Assembly (NCBI GenBank): GCA_013265495.1
Contig: MU061579.1
Location: 544,872-608,871, forward strand
Direction of reading: 5' to 3'
DNA: 64,000 bases
Origin: Vicugna vicugna
Taxonomy: Eukaryota
The notes under the pieces are model-generated. The model was given only the letters and a program-made list of their open reading frames with translations. It ran no database searches and was not told where the DNA came from. How positions within the stretch are numbered: position 1 is the stretch's first letter; every line of letters starts with the position of its first letter. Shown here piece after piece: positions 26,515 to 38,985 of the stretch. The translations under genes were made by a program, and so were the position numbers.

Positions 26515-27869
26515 AATAAACTAGAAACAATTTTAAATGTCCCTACTTTATAAGATTGGGTCCTCCTTCCTTATCTCTGATCACCTGGTGCTACACAGCC
26601 AAGTTCAGGTTGCTTCTTCCACTAGAATAGGACAAAGAGGAAACAATGTTTGTCATATAAACCTGGTGCAATTCTAAATCCACCCGGGATTGCATTGATG
26701 ATCTCTATTTGTTCTGGAAGCATGATTGTTTTTACTGCCCTCCTGAGCCTCAGGTCCACCCCACACATTTGTACAAATTGTATCCTCTTCAAGGGCTCCC
26801 AGCCAAGAGGGCAGGAGTGGCGGCTGCAATCTAGCTGCAGGCTTGCTTGGCAGACATGACCTTCAGCACGAGGCTGCGTCAACCTGGAAGAAGGGATTCT
26901 TTGCTGTAATTGATCATCTTAAAGGGAGCTCCTTTTTCCCAGTTGGTCTGCCAGAGAAGACTCCTTTTAGTAAAGTATCCTCCTAGATTGAGCACTGTTT
27001 TCTGACACCGTCCCTGCTGGCAACCCTGCTGAGCCTGTCACTATCTCTTCCAGACACTTGCACGGTATTTCCATTATCTTTATCCTCACTTTATCCTCAC
27101 ATTGTCTTATGAGTTGACATCTTCAGTAAACCCTCCTGGAAGTCAGTGTTTAAATTAATGCTCTTATAGATGTGTGTGTTCTTGACATTTTTCATATTTA
27201 CCTGTTCATGTGCATGAGTTTGTTTTCCCTAACAAAGCAGTGGGACTAAAAGTAGGAAATGAGATAGAGAAGTTGGGAGGATGATGAAATATTGGCCTGG
27301 ATGGGTATCGAATTCGAATCATAATTTTCTGCATCTCTATTTACAGTGTGAAAAGAAGGGAAAAATTATAGATCCTGAGTAACCAAATTACTATTATAAA
27401 CATGACTGGATGTTTAATAAACTTACTGGCTGAACAAGCTTTGTTACTTGAAATGATAGCAAAAATAATATAACAACTCATAAGTTTGTTGTTTTCATGA
27501 AATGAGGTATTGAATGTGAAATTCTTAGCAAGGTGCCTGGCAGACAGAGTTCAAAGAAATTAGGTATTTTTAAACTACTATATACAGGCATTGTCATAGT
27601 GGGGAAAAAGAGCCCTTACAGCTAGACCGTGATAGGCTGCATAAATTATCACCCCCAGTCCTCAGTTTATGGATCCCAAGATTAAGGGATGCACTTGAGC
27701 TCTTAGGTGATCTTTCAAAACTTAAAATTCTGTTGTTTTATAGCAAGAAATGGTAGACATGAGAAAGAAAAGAAAATGAAGTTTAACACTAGCAAAAAAA
27801 TGACCAAGATTTTGGTTGGGTGAGAAACCGTATAAAAACATTTTAAACTGAGAATATAAAAGTAAAACC

Positions 27870-28214
27870 TGTTAAAAGATGAATTGAGACATATTAAAAA
27901 ATGTAAGAGTTTATTTGAGCAAAATCCATTCCAAATGGGCAGCAATGAATGGGAAGTGGATAGAAGGGCTTCGCAGATGGGAACTCCCTCCACCCCCACC
28001 TCCAATGGAGTGGAGGGTAAGGAGAGATTTTTATAGAAGAAAGACAGAAGCAAAGTAAGAAAATTATCAATTTTGGTTTTCCAAATTAGCAAGTTGGTTT
28101 TCAATTTCATGACATTGAGGCATTTTCAAGTTCAGTGTTTGATCTTCTTCTGCAGGTTACCATCTCATTAGAGCCACCTCAGTCTAATGTCCGCCTTGTT
28201 TAATTGGTTTAACA
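27870..28214 (-). mobile_element. ERV1 (MER4-group-like) solo LTR
   Basis: TGTTAA...TTAACA termini; tttatt near the left end; similar layout to 50404-50792; TSD degraded (aacc/agct). Confidence 0.65.
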
Positions 28215-29530
28215 AGCTTTTGTTCAGGAACAGTGAGAAACTTACTTTTATAAGATAAATGATCACTTTAAAAGGAAGCATCTGCCCCTGGCCCCCCGGT
28301 AAAATGCAGACTACCTAGAATTGTGACTGATTCTAGTTTTAAAATATAACTCATATTGTGTTTAAATTGAGCATCTTAAAATTAAAGTTAGTCCTGCATA
28401 AGCTACACTCACAGTTTTGACAGTAAATGCTTTTGTCATTAATTTTAGAAGAAATCCTAAAAGATACTTGGGGTCAATGACGTGCCACCATGATGACCAG
28501 GATTAGTATTTTTTGCTTGTCTTATCGGTAGTAAAATGGACACATCTTAGTGAATCTGAGTTAGTTAAATCTCATTGAAATGAATTTGGAAAGCTGTCCT
28601 CTAAAATATCCCTGCCTGTTTTTTTTTTCTTTTTTCCTTTCTTTCTTACTTGTTAATCCCTAGAAAGCTTGGCACATAATTATTCATGTGTAAAGGACAG
28701 AAAAGATGGGATTGTGTGATAGAGGACATTGTGACTGCCTCTAAATGTCTCATCTTGCATACCTAAAATCTGTCTTGACCCCCATCTCTCAGAGTCATCA
28801 ATAGAATAATTGAAATATTTGAGAAACACCTACCCATTTCAAGTTACAAAGGCTTTATTACTTTGGCAAGGGTTCCTCTGGCTACAGCAAATCTAAAATG
28901 TGGATGGGAGAAATGTGTTAGTGTTTGCAAAAATCGGTGCTGCTAAATTGTTTCTTTAAATAAAATCGAAGTCAGCAAAAATGTGGTTCTACAGCTGCTG
29001 TTTCACAGTGAGTTCCACTGCCTACCAGAGTAGAAGAATTTTTAAGCTTTTATAGGAGAATCTACTTCTGTTTTGTTAATTATTCCTTTTTTCATATTCA
29101 CCATAAAAAAAAAAGAAACGTAGTTTTTACAAATCTCACTTTCTTGGAAGTTGATGACACTGGAAAAAAAAGAAGAGTAGTGTTCTTGTCTGGGATATCT
29201 ATAAAGTCAAGGCTTAATTTTTGCATGGAATTTATGTGAATATTATATCAAGTGTTAAAAAAATATGGTCAGTACTCTTTGGTTTATTATAAATTGGTTT
29301 TCACTTGAAATGCTTTATATAGTATAATAAATTGATTGCCACTGTATATTGGTTTGTGTTTATAATATATTGGATTGACTGAATAATAAATCTTTCTTTT
29401 CAGCAATTACTTTTATTGGTGTGAGTAAATTATACTGGATTCACAGTGAGTCAAAATGCTTTGCATATAAATTATACTATCTTTGGTCAGGTGATGTTGA
29501 ATTTAACACTTAATTTAAAGATTGGAGAAA

Positions 29531-29531
29531 T

Positions 29532-29562
<31 letters not shown>

Positions 29563-29565
29563 CAT
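29531..29565. repeat. Interrupted (CA)n microsatellite
   Basis: tacacacacacacatatacacacacacacacacat. Confidence 0.92.
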
Positions 29566-30054
29566 GCATATCTGTGAATATTGCATCCCTTATGACAATT
29601 ATATCATTTTTTGCCAGTAACAATCATTCACTCCAAAGCACAATAATAAACTTGAAGAGATTTGATTAAATTATATAAATCTTTTCATGCTCTATACCAG
29701 TTTGTGTTTCAATGTTTGGTGTAAAAGCTGCACTGACTGAATGTGTTTTATTGTTACTGTGAACTTTATCAAGGTGTGTAGTACATGAAAAATCACATTT
29801 CAGTCCAATATAAGGAAGAATATTTTTAAAATTATAGCTTTGCAAAAATAGGAATTGCCTCAATATTTTTGTGATCATACAAAATGGCTATGTCTAATAA
29901 CAATATGATATTTATTTGCAGCTCAAATTTTTGCACTTGTTAAAAGTTTGATTTAGGTGGCATTCCTTTAAAATCTTCACAGATTCTATTATTTTCTGCA
30001 GTTTATGTAATTTTATAATTCCTAAATATCACTACCTATTTAATAATTTCAGTC

Positions 30055-30150
30055 TACATTAAATCAGTAACAGTTTTGTGCCTACTGTGTTGGATATCAC
30101 AGATATAGAATGTTTCCATTGTTGCAGAAGTTTCCACAAGACAGCATTCA
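30055..30150. mobile_element. hAT-Charlie MITE fragment (MER3-like)
   Basis: ctactgtgttggatatcacagatatagaatgtttccattgttgcagaagtttccacaagacagca resembles the recalled MER3 terminus. Confidence 0.65.
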
Positions 30151-30486
30151 TTAAAAACAAAGAACTTTAGCAATAGATTTGTCATAATTTAGCATTTGTT
30201 ACTCTGAATTATTCCATGGCATGTTACCTCAAGTGTTAGATAAATGATTGTTTTTAAGTAATAGGATAATGGATTATTTAAAAAAGACTATGCTAGACAA
30301 AGTTAAACAGTTTTATTAGCTCAGGATTCAATAGACCCATAATAAATTTAATGTGTTTGAACACTGTGGCTCTTAAAGAGGTTGTATGTTATGTAATATT
30401 TCAAAAATTTATATAACTGTAAGAGTGCCACATCTCCTTATTTTTCTTTTGAAGAGTCTCTTTTAGAATCACATCTGTGAAATATG

Positions 30487-30672
30487 TTATTTTATTTTAT
30501 TTTTATTGAGTTATAGTCATTTTACAATGTTATGTTCCAGTGTAGAGCACAATTTTTCAGTTATACATGAACATACATATATTCATTGTCACAATTTTTT
30601 TTGCTCTGAGCTACCACAAGAACTTGTATATATTTCCCTGTGCTATACAGTATAATCTTGTTTATCTATTTT
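30487..30672 (-). mobile_element. Short camelid-type L1 3' end
   Basis: (TTTTA)n tail then ttgagttatagtcattttacaatg...tgtagagcacaatttttcagttatacatgaacatacatatattcattgtcac...gagctaccacaag. Confidence 0.8.
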
Positions 30673-30916
30673 AACAACTATCAAAGAGAGGGAAATTTTT
30701 ATATTATGGAAAATATTTGCATCAAGATATTTACATCATGCTCATATTAGGTCATTATGATTCTATTTTATGAAATTCTTTATTGCATTAATGGGATCTT
30801 CTTAACTACTATAACCTTTAGCAGATACCTATTATCAAATAAGAAAATGAATGGCATCAAATAGAAACTAATATCCCAATGTACTACTATTCATTAAATA
30901 AATAGACTGTATTTCT

Positions 30917-30997
30917 TTTTTTATTGCATTGTGACTGACTTACAATATTATATTAATTTCAGGTGTACAACATAGTGATTCAATATTTTTATAAACC
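30917..30997 (-). mobile_element. ~80-bp L1 3' end with 15-bp TSD
   Basis: ttttttattg...tttcaggtgtacaacatagtgattcaatattttt between ATAGACTGTATTTCT (30902-30916) and ATAGACTATATTTCT (30998-31012). Confidence 0.85.
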
Positions 30998-31499
30998 ATA
31001 GACTATATTTCTAATGGAATGTGGTAATGGTTTATTTCAATTTACAGAATCAATAATAAGAATACATTACTTACACATCTTCTAACCAATTCATGCTTCT
31101 CTCTTTCTTCTTAAATTTTTTCACAGGTTACTTTTCATGAAATCTTTAACTACCTTAAAATTTTTTTCCACAAATATTAGCTTAAATATTCTGTTGGTAT
31201 CAGTAGCTAGTATGTACAGAATTTTTTCTATGTTTAAGCAATATACTGCTCTTTTTTCCAATATTTTTGCTCTATCTTCACAATATTCACTATAAGTTAA
31301 ATATCCTTACCCTTTTTATGTATCACTAATCTGGTACTTGAAATGATTGGTGTGCCCATAGATACATCTACGCTAGTGAGTGGAAATAATGGGTCTTGAA
31401 CTTAGATCTTTTTGACTCCATGTTCTTCCCAGTCTTACCCAGTGCCTCAAATCTCAAAGAATTATTTCCTTTTTGCTGATACATTTTTGTTTGGCTGGA

Positions 31500-31962
31500 A
31501 GACATATTTCTGAATTATTCCAAAGTTTATATTGTGTTTTCACTAGACCTATGTAAGCTTCATGCTTTGAGGCTTTGTGCCTCAGTTCTTGAGATTGTTC
31601 TCCAGAAAGTATGACCACCCTCCTAACCTTTTTCACACTATTCGGCCAAATGTGTGCAACTCCAAGACCTGGGCATTATGTATGTCATGCTCCCCTTTCT
31701 CCATCTTCAAAGCCAACAACAGCAGGTTGAGGCCTTTTCTCATTGCACCCCTCCAACCCCCACTTCCGCCTCCCTCTTCCACCATGGAAGAACTTTAAGA
31801 TTACATTAGGCCCACCCAGATGACCCAGACAATCTTTCCACTTTAAGGTCAGTTAATTAGCAAACTTCATTCCATGTGCAATCTTAATTCTTTAAACATG
31901 TAATGAGCTTCCAGTGATTTAAACACGTATACCTTTAAGGGGTCATTATTCTGCCTAACGTA
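31500..31962 (-). mobile_element. MaLR LTR (MLT1E-like)
   Basis: ccatcttcaaagccaacaacagcagg...ttacattaggcccacccagatgacccagacaatc...aaggtcagttaattagcaaac...ggggtcattattctgccta. Confidence 0.75.
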
Positions 31963-33639
31963 GGGTGAAATACATGTGTGTGTGTATTCTTTTTACTCTT
32001 GAATAAAATGTCTAGAATTTGGTGTATCTATTTAGTCTGCATCCTTTCCTATTGTAATAAACATGTCAGGACAAACTCAGGAAAACCTGATCATCTGCCA
32101 CGCATTTCTTTTTGTTAGGATTAAAGACAAGATTAGTGACAAGGAATGTACAATCCATGCATCATTTGCTTTCCATCTGACTTTGTAATGTGTCCATGAT
32201 ATGATTGCATAGGGAGTACTTATTTAAAAACCTCATCTTGCTATTCTGTATTTATGCCTCAGTATTAATGTGTGGCAAAATATAATATCTATTTTCTCAT
32301 TGGAATGCTTCTATTTGATAAATTAGGTAATCTAAACTGTGAGAGTATTTTCCTCAAGAGGCAAAATAAGTCATTTTTATTTTGAAAGAAAAATATCTTA
32401 CATGTGTATTTATTTATAACAAACTAGAATTTGGCAACAGTGTGTAATCCCTGGTCTCACTTTTCAAACCCCTTCGGGGAATGTGTTAAAATGTGTTAAT
32501 GTAGCTGAGATAAACTGGATTTTACAGTCACAGAACCCCCTTCACTCTACGTTCCTGGGTTAGAATTGGCCAGAAGAATTTATGCAAGATTAAGAGATGG
32601 AAGCAAAAGAGAGCCTTTTGATTTTAGGAATTTATTTCTGCGTGATTCTGGGAAACGGGTGGGCTGCAGGAGGGTTTTCAACAATAGCCCCTGTTATGGA
32701 TGCTAGGAAGGTGACCATATGGGCACCTCGTAGTCTCTTTAACCCAAATACCCAACTTCGTGGTTGCTTTAATCTGTGGGAAAAGACCTTGGTGACTGAA
32801 AGCTGAGCACAAGCTGGGTAGGAAAGAGGAACTTATCAGCCCAGTTCTGCAATGCATTATTATTTAATAATCACTCTGAAGGTTATCACATGTGTCCTTG
32901 GCATTTTTGAAACTATAGCATCTTAATAGCTAAATAATATCTAATAATAAATCCTTAATTCTTCAACAGATAATTGAGACTTGTTTTCTTAGTTGAATAC
33001 ATCTGTTGGCTTTGTATCTTTAAGGCCTCCTTTTTTTTTTTTTCCTTTTTGGTATTTGTTTAATTTTCTGAGAATATACCTTCTTGGTTTTCAAACTATT
33101 ATAATTTTTAAAGAAAAATCTTCTTTCATTTCTCAGCACTTTTTAAAAGAAAGAAGAACTACTTTTATGTGCCCTGTCTGCTATCTTTCCAAAGTTCAGT
33201 TTCAATATTTATTGAGAAAACATGCTTTTCTCTTTTAAAATGGTTATGAGAGGAAGTAGCTTTAGTATATGAGGTGCCTCACGCCTGCTAGGAGTCCATG
33301 AAATTCGTGATCACTTGGGCAAGTTGTTCAACTTGCCTCTTTAAATTGACTATATTTATCCCAAAAGAATCCATACTAACCAAAGTGAAAAATGTTTTTA
33401 ATAACGACTTTGAGATTTAACTTCATTTTGAATAGTTGAGATAAGCACCTATTTTTTATTCCCTCCTGATTTTCACTGATTTGAAGAATTTAAAACTGAT
33501 TAAATCCCATGTGGCATATTCTGTGATTCAAACATCTACCTGTATAGACTGCATCTCGAAAGACTGAAAATTGTACTGCAACTGTCTTTTTTTTTTTTTT
33601 TTTGGTGATGTTACTTAATGCCAATGAACATTCACTTTA

Positions 33640-33880
33640 TATTGATTTTTGGGATCTAGATCTCCTTCACACGTTGATATCGCCACAGATAATTAGCTGT
33701 AAAATCATAACTGATATTTAAATGAACAAGATTATCATGGTCTACACCATGCTCAACTATTGGCATTTATTGTGAATATAAAGATCACACATTGTAAAGA
33801 TCAATATCAAAATCATCAACAGATATTTCAAAAAGTAAAGATGTCAAAACAACTGCAGACCTACTAAATCTAGCTGACAT
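33640..33880 (+). mobile_element. Possible decayed hAT transposase C-terminal (dimerisation) fragment
   Basis: Manual translation through stops gives ...MLNYWHLL*I*RSHIVKINIKIINRYFKSK, reminiscent of the hAT C-terminal pattern RLNxLALLxI...IDIDxIINRF; weak match. Confidence 0.3.
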
Positions 33881-35269
33881 CATTATCATTTTATCTATTT
33901 ATCATCTAATTTCTGATCATTTGCTATCAACAGTAGTGAATCACTATAGACTTTAGATGAATTGTATAGAAATATAAACCTTCCTTAATATTCCCATAAT
34001 AGGGTGTGTGACTGTGTCACATTAAAACTGAAAAGAAGTAATGGCATCTCTCATCCTTTCCTTTCTTCCTTTCTTTATGCATTTTTTTAAGTGAAAATGT
34101 TCTAGCAGTTTCTCTACTGAATCCCTCTCAGGTTACATTAGCCACAGTTGGGCCAAATCTTCATTGCCAGTAAATAAAATGGAACCATGCTGATCGGCTT
34201 AAACTTAGATTAGGCATGGGTCACCCACTGACCAGGGACAAGAATTACCTTTCCTGAGTTTTACAGAGGCAAGTTGGACATATAAATGAGAACACCAACA
34301 TGGAAGACAGGTAAGTGGATGGTGACAACAACCAATAGTATTGGATGTACATTTTTTCACATTTGTATCACCAGTACCTTCAACCATGCATAGCATAAGC
34401 AAAAAGCATATTAAATTCATCCTGCCTGAATGGTAAAAACTTATATTCAGGCTGCTCTGCACCTTGCTATTGCAATAGAATGAAATTCACTATTGTTTTT
34501 AAAGTAATTAAAGAGTGGTAAAGAGTGTTCAATAAAATCCTGAAGGTGAACTTAAAAATAAGGAAGTCATTCTGCAGAGCTACCACGCCATTTGTCGGAG
34601 GTAGAAGTGCCTTCCTCAGTTCCATCAGTCCTAGAGAAGCTCAGTTTGACATAGTGAGGGATTTCTAGGTCATTAGGAGTTGAAGCTTTGTCAGAGTTTA
34701 CAGTACATGTCAAATGGTGTGTTAAGTTCTTTGAAGAGTTCTTAGAAATAAAAAGTCTATTTATTCCCCAAACTCTAACTAATTGAGTTTGCTCATAATT
34801 TGGCAATAAGATGCCATACAACTTCCAGGCCAAAAAAGAGAACTTTAGTAATTTACAAAGCTAAGGCATGGAAGGCAATTTATATCTTTTACTGATTTCA
34901 ATAATTAGCAGAATAAACTTGTTCCTTTTCACTCCAATATATGTATTCTTCAGGAAGCCAAATATAAAAGGTAATCTATTTTTATCCAAGATTTTCTTCC
35001 TATTGAGTCTTTATCCTGCTTTCCTAACACCTAGTTTAACAATCTGAAGCAATATCACTGACAAAAAACTGTGAAAGAACTTAAAAATAGTTACATTTTG
35101 CTGATTTTAGATCAACATATTGGATAGCAGAAGCTAAAATCTTATAGACCTCAATTTTTCAGTAGTGTTTACAGAGGTGTGTTTCTGTATGTTTTCATTT
35201 TTATTTGTTTTGCTTTATTTTGCTTTGTTATGTTCCGTTTTGCTTTTGAGGGACTAAGAAATACATAAA

Positions 35270-35462
35270 AATTTCAGACCTTGCAGTTACATATATCTGG
35301 TTTTAAAGTATTGTTCTATAATCATGGGCAATTAACTTCTCTGTTGTCCAATTTCTTCATTTATAAAACGTCTTCACTAATACCCATAGAGTTTTGCAAA
35401 TTACACATAATATGCCCAGCATTGCCTGGGACATAGTATATGCTCAACAAATGGTAGTTATT
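35270..35462 (+). mobile_element. MIR SINE
   Basis: atgggcaattaacttctctgttgtccaatttcttcatttataaaa...gcctgggacatagtatatgctcaacaaatggtagttatt. Confidence 0.7.
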
Positions 35463-38354
35463 TATGCTTTATTAATTATAACTTTCACGACAGAAGACCA
35501 AACCATCGATTCAGTCTGATACATAATATTAGGACTTAATTTTGGCCCTTCTTAAAGTGTGTAATCTTGGATAACTATTTTATTCATGTTGATTTCCCAG
35601 CAGATCACATTGCAGCCTCTTCTGGCTAAACTGATTTATTTCAAAAATATTTTGCATGGCTAAATTGCAGAACCTTTAAATTAAATCTCTAAGCCCATAG
35701 TACTTAAATATAAACTCTTGATTATCGGATTCCATTAAAAGTAGAATGAACTGACACTTTGACTATTGAGTAGTAAAGGAAAACCAAGGGACAGAATGGC
35801 TTGTACATTTTCAAAATATTTGTCTCTAATCAGTTATATTTAGCATGAATTAATAGAAGAGTTATAGCTTTCCAGTTTTTTAAGAGGAATTAATTTGAGA
35901 CTGCCCACCCTACTAGCTTCTGACTTGGAGGTCTGACTTCATCAATTAAATTCACAGCAGATTAATTAGCTAGTAATTTAGGAAGTTAATCATCATTCAG
36001 TTATACTTATTAAGTGTCTCTGTGTTCATGAAACTTGTGTTGCAAGATTGGTTTGGGAGGACTGAAATCTTGCTTGAAGAAACATTTAAGTGGTTTGGAC
36101 ACTCCAGCTTCAACCTAAATTATATTCTTGGTGCTGCTCATCCCTTTATCACTGTTTAAGGATAGATACTGAGTACAATACAGAAGTGTGTAAGAAACGT
36201 ATTATGTGTATTAGAGCTGACATGGCTTTCATTAGGGCCTGATTAAATTATATTCCATGTTAAATATCCTGAATGATTTTTAGCTTTATGCTCACAACTT
36301 GCAATCTTTTTTTCTTTCCTTTCTCTGGGGAATTTTTCACATCCAGTCTTAGCTCACAGATGAAAGTCAATTTTGTGATTTCTTCCTAAAGGCTAATGGA
36401 AATTTGTTCAAATCACAATTTGCCCAATTCAGCGGAAGTACCTGCCTTGGTTCACTCAGCTAACGAGACGTCGAATTTGGTAGAGTGAGGGAGTTTGAAG
36501 TCACGAATGAGGCAAATCTTCAAAGTCTGTGAAATATTTACATAAATTGTGGCCAAATCAAGCTAGCCTTTTAGTCTTTTTATTTTTAATGCTGCTGTTT
36601 CCTTAAAGATTTATGTAACAGTTACTGCAAATCTAAAAATAAAATATACTTATAAGCATGTATACGTATAGACCCATGTATGCAGAAGCACCTGTACACA
36701 TATCCTGGGTTGCCTTCTGAAAATTACATATTTACATCTGTGACTGCAGAGGTAGGAGACACTGCTGGCCGGTGAGAGACCCCTCATGGATTTCCCTGAG
36801 TTGCATTGTCTTCCTTTTCTTTGCTTTTCTGTATTTGTGAGAACTGATGAAAGTAAGTTCACCTCTTCACTTGGTTTGCCATTCTTGAATTCTTTACAAT
36901 TAGACATAACTTCAGTGAGGATGCTAACTGTAAGGTTTGTTCTCATATGTAGAGAATTCTAGCAAAAGCTTTTCCAGAACAGCTTTAGTCTGTAAAACTT
37001 TAACCTCTTTCAAGATATGCTTTATTTTCTCCAATCTCCTTTGCACGTGGTGCAGTACAAGCATGCTCTTTCTTACTCTGGCTTTAGTTAACTACAGAAC
37101 AGCAGGCTTGGCACCACCTTTAACCTCATGTATAACCTCTTGTATAAAGTAAGTGATTACAATGTATTTGCTCCTGGAGGTCATTCCCTAGAAGAATCTC
37201 AGAACTGACGACTTCAGAGACCAGCTTGCTACAATGCTTTGTGCAGAATATTGTGTGAGATTTGCAATGATCTGATGCCCTCCTGGGGAGCTGGAGGAGT
37301 GGGAAGAGAGGTGCAGGCAAGGTGACATGACATCTAGTACATTCTTAGCAGCCATCAGAGCTAAGATTCCCAGCAACACTGATTAGTGCCACTGTCAAGA
37401 AATTAAACCATTCAAAAATTTTTGCAAAGAAATCTACTATAACAATTTTACAAATGTTTTAAACAGTTTCTTTGCACTTAATAAATCCTATTCTTTTTCT
37501 TCTAAAAACATTAATAAATGAAGATACGAGACAACCTGAATCTTCACACACAGAACAGAAATCTTTACAGAATCTTGTATTATTCTTTTTTAAAGCATGA
37601 ATGTGTCTCCTGCACATTTTATTCTATGAGGAAAAATAAATTTGTCAATATTTGGGTACATACTTTTACTTCAATTACTTGCCAGATTCATACCAGAATA
37701 AACACTCAGCATATGATTTATTATCATTTCAACAATCAAGTTTTAACAAAATATCATAGTTATAATTCATCTTTCTTTTTGAAGGATAAGAAAGGATATT
37801 TCACATAGCAACATTTTAAAATAGCTATTTGTAAAGCCATTTTTTAGTGAATTAGGGACAATGGGTGACATTTGGGGGGTAAAGGGTAAGATGTGGGTGG
37901 AAAAGAGGTGTTCTGCCAGATATACTAAGACACTCAAGGTTGCACGTGTGTGCAGTGGACCAACAACCATTGTTTGCTATCATTAAATATTCTTCTACCT
38001 TACACTGCCCTTTTGTGAAAGCTTTTTCCTTTTGCGGTTGACCTTGATGTTCACATTAACCTGATTTTGTCAGTTTTTAAGCATCCAGTAAGGGAAAGGT
38101 TGAATCCGTGTTGTGATTTACCACTAACCTAAACCCAGAGAGATGCCCCTGGGTGGTGCTCTCCCTGTGTCCCCACGTTTGTTGGAGAATTAAACAGGAA
38201 CATAAACTTGCTTCAATTTTACCTGCCATGGTTTATCTGTGACCCCACTCTCCACTGAGGATACAGACATGGAGTTTTACTGCTTACACTATTTTTGACA
38301 GCCTAAGGTGAACTTTTTTTGTAATCCACCTCTAAATCAACTCAGACTAAACTT

Positions 38355-38375
38355 GAAGAAGAAGAAGAAGAAGAA
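38355..38375. repeat. (GAA)7 microsatellite
   Basis: Read directly. Confidence 0.95.
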
Positions 38376-38490
38376 GGAAAAAGCAAACTATTGTTGTATA
38401 TGTAAAGAAAGAGAATGTTTTATTTTGCAACTTCTAAAGTTTTATGAATTTGACTTCAACACATTTTTGAACCCACATCAGTTCTTCTTG

Positions 38491-38985
38491 TGTAATAGGA
38501 AAGAAGAAGTCTGACTCCATATTAGATCTGTTTCTTTGGCTTTAACCCTGTGCTCTGTTTCCTGGGGTTAGTCATGCTGGTTTTGTACCTTTTTTAAAAG
38601 AATGTTGCCTATAGCCTGAAATATACAAGAGAGCCTATTCTCAAGGCTGTGACCTTTAAGGATATTAATGTTTTTCACTTTATACAAAGATAAAAATTTG
38701 CAGACTAGAAAATAACATTTGTTTTGTTGGAGGTTTTCAGGGACACCATGATCTGACCCACATGGACAGCTACAAGGAGTTTGTAACAACCACACCCCCT
38801 CCCCTTTTTATTACAAAAGGAGCCTGAATTCTGACTGGGGGAAAGATGGTTCTCCAGGACATTAGTCTGCCATCTTCTCGGTCTGTCAGCTTTCCAAATA
38901 AAGTCATTATTCCTTGCCCCAACACCTTGTCTCCCAATTTATTGACCTGTCATTGGTGAGCAAAACAAGTTTGGACTTGGTAAAA
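38491..38985 (+). mobile_element. ERV1-type solo LTR
   Basis: Starts TGTAATAGG..tctgactccatattagatctg; AATAAA at ~38897; ends ggacttggtaaaa; near-TSD cttg/tttg. Confidence 0.85.
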
